Shown here one piece after another: positions 9,937 through 18,061 of a DNA stretch of 29,832 nt (positions are counted from its first letter, which is position 1; every line of letters begins with the position of its first letter). A program made the translations under genes and the position numbers. This DNA comes from Actinomycetota bacterium (GTDB taxonomy: Bacteria > Actinomycetota > UBA4738 > HRBIN12), in contig VAYF01000041.1 of assembly GCA_005883885.1 (NCBI GenBank), positions 1-29,832 on the forward strand, in the 5' to 3' direction. Below the pieces are notes generated by a model. It did no database searches, was not told the DNA's origin, and saw nothing but the letters and a program-made list of their open reading frames with translations.

Positions 9937-10545
9937 TCACCCGCCTGGGGGCTCGGTAGCGTCCGAAGGTCTCGTTCGCGAGCGGCGTCGGTCGTAGACC
10001 GGGCGCCGCTCGCGAACGAGGGAGCGCGCGTCCTCCGCGAGGATCGCGAACAGCACGTGGTCGCGCCAGCGCCCGCCGACCTTGACGTATCGACGCGCGT
10101 ATCCCTCCTCGCGCCAGCCGGTCGAGCGGAGCAGCGCCAGCGAGCGCTCGTTGCCCGGCTGGACGTTCGCCTGAAGGCGATGGAGTCGGAGCTCGCCGAA
10201 GGCGTACCGGAACACGAGCGTCATCGCTTCGCGCATGTAGCCGTTGCCCGCGTGCGGGAGGAACGCGTAGTACCCGAGGTAGGCGTTGCGGAAGGACCCG
10301 TGATGGATCTGCGAGAGCGTGTAAACGCCGACGAGCGGATCTTCATGATCGACGACGACGGCGAGGGCATGACGGGCCGGGTGCACCTTGATGTAGGCGT
10401 CGAACGCGTCGGGGGTGTCCGGCGGATATGCCCAAGGATGGTGCAGCGCACGGCTCCGGGCGACCGCGTCGAGGAACGCTCCGCGGTCACCGGGGGTGAG
10501 CCGACGGAGCGTCGGCCGCCGCCGCACGGGAGTGGGCACCATCAC
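9937..10545 (-). CDS. GNAT family N-acetyltransferase, RimJ/RimL type
   Basis: AYLGYYAFLPHAGNGYMREA, LHRLQANVQPGNERS, EEGYARRYVKVGGRWRDH. The C-terminal ~25 aa look atypical. Confidence 0.92.
   Translation of the reverse strand: MMVPTPVRRRPTLRRLTPGDRGAFLDAVARSRALHHPWAYPPDTPDAFDAYIKVHPARHALAVVVDHEDPLVGVYTLSQIHHGSFRNAYLGYYAFLPHAGNGYMREAMTLVFRYAFGELRLHRLQANVQPGNERSLALLRSTGWREEGYARRYVKVGGRWRDHVLFAILAEDARSLVRERRPVYDRRRSRTRPSDATEPPGG
9971..10020. repeat. Perfect 17-bp inverted repeat with inner 5-bp stem (50-nt hairpin)
   Basis: CTCGTTCGCGAGCGGCG (9971-9987) and CGCCGCTCGCGAACGAG (10004-10020) are exact reverse complements; inner CGGTC-GTA-GACCG. Confidence 0.9.
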
Positions 10546-10590
10546 GCGAGCGGAGTGTAGCCAGCCGATCCGGCGCTACCATCACGCCCG

Positions 10591-11325
10591 ATGGCCGGCA
10601 ACTCCGTTCGCCCGGCCTCGATCGGGGTCGGTCCTGCCCTCCGGCGCGCGCGCGAGATCGCAGGCATCACCCCTGACGAGGCGGCTCGCGACACCAGGCT
10701 GACCACTCAACAGATCGGCGCCTTGGAGCGCGAGGACTTCGACCTGATGGGTGAGGAGGTCTACGTCCGGGCGATGCTGCGGACCTACGCGCAATACCTG
10801 GGACTCAAACCGGACAAGGTCATGAGCGCGTACGCGAGGCACGCGGAGGAGCCGGAGCTCCCGTCCCCCCCGGCGAAGTTGGGTCGGGTCGAGCAAGCGC
10901 TCGCGGCGGCGAGGATCCGGGACAACCAGCGGTTCCTCCTGATCGTCGCCGCGGTCCTGTTGATCGCGGCGGTCGCGGTGGGGATCGTGTCGCGCGGCGG
11001 CGTGCCGCCGCCGGCCACGATCCCCACCGCGACGACGCCGTTCGTGTCGCCGACGCCCGGTCCGGGGGTCGGCGTCACCGTGAACGCGACCGCCGGCGTC
11101 GACGTCACGGCCACGATCGACGGGGTCGGCCAACCCACGACGCAGCTCGGTCCGGGGGAATCGATCTCGTACAGCGCGGTGCAGGAACTGACCGTCTCCG
11201 CGAGCGATGGGGGGGCGATCCGCATCGTCGTCGACGGTCGCGCGCTCGGCGTCCCAGGTACGGCCGGCCGCCCATGGTCGGAGACCTTCGTGCCGTCCGG
11301 CGCCGCGGCCGAGCCCTCGCCGTGA
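10591..11325 (+). CDS. rodZ: RodZ-like protein (HTH_25 + TM helix + DUF4115-like C-terminus)
   Basis: GPALRRAREIAG...VYVRAMLRTYAQYLGL, one hydrophobic helix (FLLIVAAVLLIAAVAVGIV), Pro/Thr linker. Position between ftsK and cinA is typical. Confidence 0.8.
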   Translation: MAGNSVRPASIGVGPALRRAREIAGITPDEAARDTRLTTQQIGALEREDFDLMGEEVYVRAMLRTYAQYLGLKPDKVMSAYARHAEEPELPSPPAKLGRVEQALAAARIRDNQRFLLIVAAVLLIAAVAVGIVSRGGVPPPATIPTATTPFVSPTPGPGVGVTVNATAGVDVTATIDGVGQPTTQLGPGESISYSAVQELTVSASDGGAIRIVVDGRALGVPGTAGRPWSETFVPSGAAAEPSP

Positions 11326-11372
11326 GGCCGTCGCCGTGAGGCCGTCGCCGTGAGGCCGTCGTGGTGAGGGCT
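11317..11372 (+). repeat. 14-bp tandem repeat, 3 perfect copies + 1 degenerate
   Basis: TCGCCGTGAGGCCG at 11317, 11331 and 11345; degenerate TCGTGGTGAGGGCT at 11359. Confidence 0.95.
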
Positions 11373-12632
11373 GAGATCCTCTCGGTCGGGACCGAGCTCC
11401 TGCTCGGGCAGATCGCCGATACGAACGCCCGGTGGATGTCGGAGCGGCTCGCGGGGATCGGCGTCGACGTGCTGCTTCGACAGACGGTCGGTGACAACGT
11501 CGAGCGCATCGTCGGAGCGCTCGGGCTCGGAGCCGCGCGGGCGGACGTGGTGCTCATAACCGGAGGGCTCGGTCCGACCCAGGATGACCTGACGCGCGAG
11601 GCGATCGCCGCGTTCGCGGGCCTCCAGCTCGTCCGCCATCCGGATCTCGAGGACATGCTCCGCGCGAAGTTCCGCGACTTCTCCCCCCGGCCCATGCCGA
11701 TGAACAACCTCCGACAGGCCGACGTCCCCGAGGGCGCTCGCACGATCGTGCCCGATCGGGGGACGGCGCCGGGCCTCATCGTCGAACTCCCCTCGGGCGT
11801 CACGATCTACGCCGTCCCGGGCGTGCCGGACGAGATGGCGGAGATGATGACGGGCACGATCCTGCCGGAGCTCGCTGCGCGCACACGCGGCGGCGTGATC
11901 GCGTCGCGGATCCTCCGGATCACCGGCATGGGGGAATCGGCGGTCGGCGAAACGCTCACCGACCTCTTCGAGGGATCGGCGAACCCCACGGTTGCGTACC
12001 TCGCGTCGATGGGGGAGGTCAAGGTGCGACTCACCGCCAAGGCGCCGTCGGTCGCGACCGCGGATGAGCTCCTCGAGCCGCTCGTCCGCGAGGTCCTCGA
12101 GCGGCTCGGCGACGTGGTGTTCAGCGTGGATGACGAGTCGCTCGAGGAGGCGGTCCTTCGGCTGCTCCGCAGGCACGGGCTCACCCTCGGCTGCGCGGAG
12201 TCGCTCACCGGGGGAAGCGTCAGCGCGCGACTCACGGCCGTCGCCGGCGCCTCCGCAGCGTTCACGGGCGCCATCGTCGCGTACACGGCGCGGGCCAAAC
12301 GCGACCTGCTCGGCGTCTCCCAGGCAACGATCGATGGGCCCGGTGTCGTGAGCGAGGCATGCGCGAGGGAGATGGCGGCGGGAGCGCGCCGCGTCTTGGT
12401 GGCCGATCTCGGTCTCTCGCTGACGGGCGTCGCCGGGCCGGAGGATCACGGCGGCAAGGAGCCCGGGACCGTATGGATCGCGCTCGACGCCGAGTCGCGG
12501 ACCCACGCGCGCGGGTTCCGCGTCACCGGCGAGCGCGAGCGCGTGATCCGGTGGTCGCAGCAAGGCGCTCTCGACCTGGTGCGCCGCCACCTCGAAGGCC
12601 GACCGCTGCCAACGTCCGACACCACGGTGTGA
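11361..12632 (+). CDS. cinA: Competence/damage-inducible protein CinA (MocF-like domain + PncC NMN deamidase)
   Basis: SVGTELLLGQIADTN, GGLGPTQDDLT, AESLTGG, LTGVAGP. Start at GTG 11361 or 11364. Confidence 0.95.
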   Translation: MVRAEILSVGTELLLGQIADTNARWMSERLAGIGVDVLLRQTVGDNVERIVGALGLGAARADVVLITGGLGPTQDDLTREAIAAFAGLQLVRHPDLEDMLRAKFRDFSPRPMPMNNLRQADVPEGARTIVPDRGTAPGLIVELPSGVTIYAVPGVPDEMAEMMTGTILPELAARTRGGVIASRILRITGMGESAVGETLTDLFEGSANPTVAYLASMGEVKVRLTAKAPSVATADELLEPLVREVLERLGDVVFSVDDESLEEAVLRLLRRHGLTLGCAESLTGGSVSARLTAVAGASAAFTGAIVAYTARAKRDLLGVSQATIDGPGVVSEACAREMAAGARRVLVADLGLSLTGVAGPEDHGGKEPGTVWIALDAESRTHARGFRVTGERERVIRWSQQGALDLVRRHLEGRPLPTSDTTV

Positions 12633-12634
12633 CG

Positions 12635-13219
12635 ATGGCGCGTGACCGCGCGAACCGACCGGAAGCGAAGGCGTCGCGGCTGTTCGTGGCCTTCGCGGTG
12701 AGCGATGCCGCCCTCGACGAAGTGGAACGGGCCATCGAGCCGTGGCGCGCTCGGTTCCCGCAGGCGCGATGGGTGCCCCGCGAGAACATGCACGTCACGC
12801 TGAAGTTCCTCGGGCGGACGTGGCCGCGTCTCGAGGGGTGGGTCCGTCAGCAGGTTGGAGCCGTTGCCGCCGGCCACGGTCCCGTCACCACCCGGCTTAC
12901 CGGGCTCGGCTCGTTCCCCTCGGCCGCTCGGGCGCGGGTGCTCTGGGTGGGCATCGGGGATCCGGGTGGGGCGTTCGCGAGCCTGGCCGGTGCGTTGGAC
13001 GTGGCGCTTCAGGAAGCGTTCACCCCGGAGAGCCGGGCCCTCTCACCCCACCTGACGGTCGCGCGGAGCGCCCCGCCCTTGAACCTCGACGAGGGGTTCG
13101 CGCGGACGCGGATCGAGCCCGCCGGGTTCCGTGTGGATCGGATCGTGCTGTTCCGGAGCCACCTGCGGCGACCGGCCCCCCGCTACGAGCCGATCGCGAC
13201 GCTCGCGCTCGGCGGATGA
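12635..13219 (+). CDS. thpR: RNA 2',3'-cyclic phosphodiesterase (2H family)
   Basis: RLFVAF and two HxT motifs (HVTLKFLG, PHLTVAR). ATG 12635 lies just after the cinA stop. Confidence 0.93.
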   Translation: MARDRANRPEAKASRLFVAFAVSDAALDEVERAIEPWRARFPQARWVPRENMHVTLKFLGRTWPRLEGWVRQQVGAVAAGHGPVTTRLTGLGSFPSAARARVLWVGIGDPGGAFASLAGALDVALQEAFTPESRALSPHLTVARSAPPLNLDEGFARTRIEPAGFRVDRIVLFRSHLRRPAPRYEPIATLALGG

Positions 13220-13233
13220 TCCCGGGTCGGTCC

Positions 13234-13262
13234 TTGCGCTCGAACAGGCGTTCGATTAGCCT
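13234..13262 (+). promoter_or_regulatory. recA distal sigma-A-type promoter with a LexA (SOS) box in the spacer
   Basis: TTGCGC-17 nt-TAGCCT. The spacer contains TCGAAC-AGGC-GTTCGA (13240-13255), an exact match to the actinobacterial SOS consensus. Confidence 0.9.
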
Positions 13263-13283
13263 CGGCGCGTCCGCTCGGTCGAT

Positions 13284-13303
13284 CGAATGACAGGGGTGTA
13301 ACT
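13284..13303. promoter_or_regulatory. Unassigned 20-bp motif, copy 1 (shared with nrdJ upstream region)
   Basis: CGAATGACAGGGGTGTAACT, 18/20 identical to 25839-25858. Confidence 0.7.
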
Positions 13304-13305
13304 TA

Positions 13306-13327
13306 TGTCAGACCCAGTCGCTACCGT
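13306..13327 (+). promoter_or_regulatory. PafBC/RecA-NDp-type promoter (proximal recA promoter)
   Basis: TGTCAG-N10-TACCGT fits the mycobacterial TGTCRG-N10-TA(NNNT) motif. A near-identical copy is at 24751-24772. Confidence 0.75.
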
Positions 13328-13397
13328 GCTCGAACGTTCGTCTGGTGCGCTCACTCGCCCCTCCTCCGGGGTGGGCCGGGGTCGGAAGGGGGATGGC

Positions 13398-14379
13398 GTG
13401 GACCGCGAGAAGATGCTGGAGGTCACGCTTCAGCAGATCGAGAAGCAGCACGGCAAAGGCGCCGTGATGAAGCTGGGCGAGCACCCCATGAACGTAGGGA
13501 TGACCACCATCCCGACCGGGTCGCTGGCGCTCGACATCGCGCTCGGTGTCGGCGGCATCCCCCGGGGCAGGGTCGTCGAGGTCTTCGGTCCGGAAGGTTC
13601 GGGCAAGACCACCGTGTGCCTGCACATCATCGCGGAAGCGCAGCGGCAGGGCGGGATCGCAGCGTTCATCGACGCCGAGCACGCGCTCGATCCGACGTAC
13701 GCACGCGAGCTGGGGGTCAACATCGATGAGCTCCTGGTCAGTCAACCCGATTCCGGCGAGCAGGCGCTCGAGATCGCAGACATGCTGGTGCGGTCGGGCG
13801 CGATGCATCTCGTCGTGATCGACTCGGTCGCGGCGCTCGTGCCCCGGGCGGAGATCGAGGGGGAGATGGGGGACACCCACGTCGGTCTCCAGGCGCGCCT
13901 CATGTCCCAGGCCATGCGCAAGCTCGCCGGCTCCCTCTCCAAGTTCGAGACCACGGCCATCTTCATCAACCAGCTGCGCGAGAAGATCGGGGTGATGTTC
14001 GGTTCCCCCGAAACCACCCCCGGGGGACGTGCGCTGAAGTTCTATTCGTCGGTCCGGCTGCGAGTTCGACATCATGTACGGCAAGGGCATCTCGAAGGAA
14101 GGCGCCCTCCTCGATACCGGCGTCGATCTGGAGATCGTCAAGAAGTCCGGCGCGTGGTTCACCTACGAGGGGGAACAGCTCGGCCAGGGGCGCGAGAACG
14201 CACGCGCGTTCCTCGTGGAGCACATCGACCTCCGTGATGAGATCGAACGGAAGGTGCGCGAGGCGGTGGGTCTGACCGGCTTCTCCGAAGACGACGACCA
14301 ACCGATCCAGGTCGTGCCCGATCTCGTCGCGGACGAGGGATCCGAAGCGAAGGAGAAGTCCGCGGTGGCCAAGGAGTGA
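13398..14379 (+). pseudogene. recA: RecA, frameshifted as sequenced: about 104 nt missing at 14058-14061 (probable assembly seam, possibly a real deletion)
   Basis: GTG 13398 after SD GAAGGGGG gives MDREKMLE..., Walker [16 protein letters not shown] and KFYSSVRL. The sequence then jumps to [14 protein letters not shown]...KSGAWF in the next frame. About 35 conserved residues, including KVVKNK, are absent. Confidence 0.95.
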
Positions 14380-14882
14380 GCGTGCCGCACGAACGCGGCC
14401 GCGGGGATCCCGGCAAACGCAAGGACGTCCATGAGCGAGCCCTCGGACTGCTCGCGGTGCGCCAGCGGAGCCGGCGGGAGATCCAACGTCGGCTGGAGCG
14501 GGCGGGGTTCGGGCCAGAGGAGATCGGGGAAGAGCTGGATCGGCTGCAGCAGGTCGGTCTGGTCGACGATGAAGCCTTCGCCCGGGTCGTGGTGGAGCAC
14601 TCGTTCACCACCAGGAGGGAGGGCCGTCGCGTCGTGGCGGGCAGGCTCATCAGCGCCGGGATCGCTCCGGACATCGTGGAGGCCGCCCTGGATCCGGTCG
14701 TCGGAGGCGAAGAGGAACGAGCGGACGCTCTCGCGGTGGCCAAGGCGGCCAAGCTGTCGAGCCTTCCCCCCGACGCCGCGTACCGGCGCCTCTACGGGAT
14801 GCTCGCGCGTCGTGGCTACGCGCCCGACGTCGCGGGACGGGCAGCGCGCAGGGCGCTTGCGGTGGAGGCGTTCGAGGACTGA
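14376..14882 (+). CDS. recX: Regulatory protein RecX
   Basis: [35 protein letters not shown] overlap with the recA stop. Confidence 0.93.
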   Translation: MSVPHERGRGDPGKRKDVHERALGLLAVRQRSRREIQRRLERAGFGPEEIGEELDRLQQVGLVDDEAFARVVVEHSFTTRREGRRVVAGRLISAGIAPDIVEAALDPVVGGEEERADALAVAKAAKLSSLPPDAAYRRLYGMLARRGYAPDVAGRAARRALAVEAFED

Positions 14883-14885
14883 GCC

Positions 14886-14914
14886 TTGCCTCCGTGGGTG
14901 GTCGGCCGTATCGT
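14886..14914 (+). promoter_or_regulatory. Putative rny promoter
   Basis: TTGCCT-17 nt-TATCGT immediately after the recX stop. Confidence 0.7.
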
Positions 14915-14920
14915 GTGATG

Positions 14921-15137
14921 GATCGACAACGACACCGAGAGGCCACCGAACGGCTACCCGACGTACACCGAACGGCAGGACATCGTGATCACGAGAACCC
15001 CAAGAGCCGACATCGTTCCAACGCGCGGAGGACACTCCGCCCGGTAGCGTCGATACGACGGTTCTGCGTGCTCACGCACACGCCGCCCAGGGTTCGGCGG
15101 AACCGCACGGTCCTCTCCCTGACACCAGGGAGGAACC
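14921..15137 (+). ncRNA. Putative structured 5' leader of rny (family not recognised)
   Basis: About 215 nt with no credible ORF. Contains several hairpins, a three-way junction and an SD-sequestering stem. Confidence 0.5.
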
Positions 15138-16691
15138 ATGACGGCCGTCATCGTCGGCGTCGCCGCCCTGATCCTGGGCGGCGCCGCCGGGTTCCTGATC
15201 CGCACCAACCTGGCCAGATCGAGCGCGACCACGCTCGAGGGACAGGCTCAGCAGAAGCTCGTCCAGGCGGACCAGAAGCTCGTGGGCGCGCAGGAGGATG
15301 CGGCCCGGACCCTCCGCAAGGCGATCGAAGACGCGAAGGTCGATGCGTCACAGATCCGGCGCGACGCCGAGGAGGACGTCAAGACCCGCCGGGACGAGGT
15401 CGCTCGCCTCGAGCGGCGGATCTCCGAGACCGAGGATGAGCTCCGGGCACGGACCCGCAAGTTGGACGAGCGCGTCCTCGAGCTCACCGAAAGGGACGAG
15501 CGGTTGCAGGAGGTCCGCGCGCGGCTCGAGAAGGCCGCCGAACAGCATCGGATCCAGCTCGAACGCGTCGCCGGGATGACCTCGTCCGAGGCACGCGAAC
15601 AGCTCCTCGCATCGCTGATCGACGACGCCAAGCGCGCGTCCATGGCGCAGGTCCGCGAGATAGAGCAGATCGCGCGTGAGGAAGGGGAGGAGCGCGCTCG
15701 GAAGATCGTGACGATCGCGATCCAGCGGGTCGCGTCCGAGCAGACCGCGGAATCCACGGTCAGCGTGTTCACGCTTCCGAGCGAGGACATGAAGGGGCGG
15801 ATCATCGGCCGCGAGGGTCGCAACATCCGGGCGTTCGAGGCGACGACCGGCGTGAACCTGATCATCGACGACACCCCCGAGGCCGTGGTCCTCAGCAGCT
15901 TCGATCCTGTCCGGCGGGAGGCTGCGCGCCTCTCGCTCGAGAAGCTGGTGCAGGACGGAAGGATCCACCCCGCCCGGATCGAGGAGGTCCACGAGCGATC
16001 CCTCGCCGAGATCGACGAGCGGATCCGCAGGGCCGGTGAGGACGCGGTGGCGGAGGTCGGGATCACGGACATCCACCCCGAGATGATCAAGCTCCTCGGC
16101 CGACTCCAGTACCGGACGAGCTACGGTCAGAACGTGCTGAAGCACCTGGTGGAATCGGCGCACATCGCCTCGGCGTTGTCCGCGGAGCTGGGGCTCGATC
16201 CGGCCATCGCCAAGCGCGGCGCGTTCTTGCACGACATCGGCAAGGCCGTGACGCACGAGGTCGAGGGATCGCACGCGATCATCGGCGCCGAGATCGCCCG
16301 CCGCATGAAGGAGGACCCGGAGGTCGTCCATTGCATCGAGTCGCATCACGGCGAGGTCGAGCAGAGGACGATCCACGCGGTGCTTGCGCAGATCTCCGAC
16401 GGCATCAGTGGCGGCCGGCCGGGCGCTCGTCGCGAGTCGCTCGAAACCTACGTCAAGCGTCTGGAGCGCCTGGAAGAGATCTGCAACTCGTTCCCCGGGG
16501 TCGAGAAGGTCTACGCGATGCAGGCAGGACGTGAGGTCCGCGTCTTGGTCCAGCCCGAGTCCATCGACGATCTCGCCGCACAGGTGATCGCGCGCGACAT
16601 CGCGAAGCAGGTGGAGGAAGAGCTGCAGTACCCCGGCCAGATCAAGATCACGGTTGTCCGCGAGATCCGCGCGACCGAGTACGCCCGGTGA
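15138..16691 (+). CDS. rny: Ribonuclease Y
   Basis: N-terminal TM anchor, coiled coil, KH (MKGRIIGREGRNIR), HD domain (LHDIGK), C-terminal YAMQAGREVRV...YPGQIKITV. Confidence 0.97.
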   Translation: MTAVIVGVAALILGGAAGFLIRTNLARSSATTLEGQAQQKLVQADQKLVGAQEDAARTLRKAIEDAKVDASQIRRDAEEDVKTRRDEVARLERRISETEDELRARTRKLDERVLELTERDERLQEVRARLEKAAEQHRIQLERVAGMTSSEAREQLLASLIDDAKRASMAQVREIEQIAREEGEERARKIVTIAIQRVASEQTAESTVSVFTLPSEDMKGRIIGREGRNIRAFEATTGVNLIIDDTPEAVVLSSFDPVRREAARLSLEKLVQDGRIHPARIEEVHERSLAEIDERIRRAGEDAVAEVGITDIHPEMIKLLGRLQYRTSYGQNVLKHLVESAHIASALSAELGLDPAIAKRGAFLHDIGKAVTHEVEGSHAIIGAEIARRMKEDPEVVHCIESHHGEVEQRTIHAVLAQISDGISGGRPGARRESLETYVKRLERLEEICNSFPGVEKVYAMQAGREVRVLVQPESIDDLAAQVIARDIAKQVEEELQYPGQIKITVVREIRATEYAR

Positions 16692-16711
16692 GCCGGGTAG
16701 CCTGAGGGCCG

Positions 16712-18055
16712 ATGGAGCAGAACTACCTGATCCGCACCTTCGGGTGCCAGATGAACCAGCACGATTCCGAGCGGATCGGCGGGCTGCTGCTGTCCGACGG
16801 GATGTCGCCCACGGACGATGTGTCGGATGCGCGCGTGATCGTGCTCAACACGTGTGCGATCCGCGAGAACGCGGACAACAAGCTGTACGGGAACCTTGGG
16901 CATCTGAAACCGCTCAAGGACCGACGGCCGGATCTGAAGATCGTCGTCGCGGGCTGCCTGGCGCAGAAGGACCAGGGGCTGATCCAGCGGAAGGCGCCCT
17001 GGGTCGACGTCGTGATCGGGACGCACGCGCTCCCGCACCTGCTCGAGCTCCTCCGGCGCGCCGAGATCGACGGCCCGCAGATGGACGTTCGCGAATACAC
17101 CGAGACGTTCCCGAGCGCGTTGCCGGCCGCGCGGGCGGACGACGTCCGGGCATGGGTTTCGGTGGCGGTGGGCTGTGACAACGCATGCACGTTCTGCATC
17201 GTTCCGCTCGTGCGGGGAACACAACGGTCTCGGTCGATCGGGGAGATCCTCGCCGAGGTCCAGGACCTGGCCGCGCACGGCGTGATGGAGGTCACGCTGC
17301 TGGGCCAGAACGTCAACACGTACGGCCGGGACCTGACGGTGCCCGGTTCGGCTCGGCGGCCGCTGTTCGCTCGCCTCCTCCGAGAGGTGGACGCCGTGGC
17401 GGGGATCCGGAGGATCCGGTTCACGTCGCCGCACCCGCACGACTTCACGGCCGACGTGATCGATGCCATGGCGGAGTGCGAGCACGTCTGCGAGCACATC
17501 CACTTCCCGCTCCAGTCGGGGTCGGATCGCGTCCTGCGGGCGATGCAGCGTTCGTACCGCCGCGAGCGGTACCTGGAGTGGCTGGCGCGCATCCGGAGCG
17601 CCGTCCCCGGCATCGCCGTGTCGACCGACATCATCGTGGGGTTCCCCGGTGAGACCGAGGGAGACTTCGAGGACACGCTCGACGTGGTGCGGCGAGCACG
17701 TTTCGACAGCGCCTTCATGTTCCAGTACTCACCCCGGCCGGGCACGCGTGCGGCGACGATGGAGGACCAGGTCGCGAAGGAGGTCGTCCAGCAGCGCTTC
17801 GACCGACTCGTCGTCCTGCAGGAGCAGGTGTCCCTCGAGAAGAACCGAGCGGAGGTGGGGCGGACGTTCGAGGTCCTCGTCGAGGGGGAGGGGAAGCGAG
17901 GGGACTCGACCCAGGCGCGAACGCGGACCAACCGGATCGTTCACCTGGCCGAGCCGCTGGAACGTGGCACCTTCGCGGAGGTGCGCGTGACCGCCGCCTC
18001 GGCGCATCACCTGACCGGAGAGGTCGTCTCGGCGCCGGAACCGCTCGTCGTCTGA
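16712..18055 (+). CDS. miaB: tRNA-i6A37 methylthiotransferase
   Basis: TFGCQMN, NTCAIRENA, radical SAM GCDNACTFC, C-terminal TRAM domain. Confidence 0.97.
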   Translation: MEQNYLIRTFGCQMNQHDSERIGGLLLSDGMSPTDDVSDARVIVLNTCAIRENADNKLYGNLGHLKPLKDRRPDLKIVVAGCLAQKDQGLIQRKAPWVDVVIGTHALPHLLELLRRAEIDGPQMDVREYTETFPSALPAARADDVRAWVSVAVGCDNACTFCIVPLVRGTQRSRSIGEILAEVQDLAAHGVMEVTLLGQNVNTYGRDLTVPGSARRPLFARLLREVDAVAGIRRIRFTSPHPHDFTADVIDAMAECEHVCEHIHFPLQSGSDRVLRAMQRSYRRERYLEWLARIRSAVPGIAVSTDIIVGFPGETEGDFEDTLDVVRRARFDSAFMFQYSPRPGTRAATMEDQVAKEVVQQRFDRLVVLQEQVSLEKNRAEVGRTFEVLVEGEGKRGDSTQARTRTNRIVHLAEPLERGTFAEVRVTAASAHHLTGEVVSAPEPLVV

Positions 18056-18061
18056 GGACCG

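Noticed and set aside
11317-11372. Repeat as a CRISPR array
   Set aside because: Units are contiguous 14-mers with no spacers, and no cas genes are present.
13288-13310. TGACA-N13-TGTCA inverted repeat as a separate operator
   Set aside because: The left arm belongs to the recA/nrdJ shared motif and the right arm to the PafBC-type motif; the nrdJ copy has no right arm.
13330-13340. TCGAACGTTCG as a second recA SOS box
   Set aside because: The half-sites have no 4-nt spacer, so the geometry does not fit a LexA dimer.
13305-13397. 31-aa N-terminal extension of RecA from ATG 13305
   Set aside because: That ATG is part of the TGTCAG promoter motif; GTG 13398 has an SD and gives the usual RecA N-terminus.
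14894-15137. Protein-coding ORFs across the recX-rny gap (14894-15439, 14954-15232)
   Set aside because: Arg/Pro-rich, motif-free translations overlapping rny; a promoter plus RNA leader explains the region better.
1-16691. PNPase, RNase J and RNase Y as a dedicated degradosome cluster
   Set aside because: Each gene sits in its usual conserved actinobacterial position; co-location follows from ancestral gene order.
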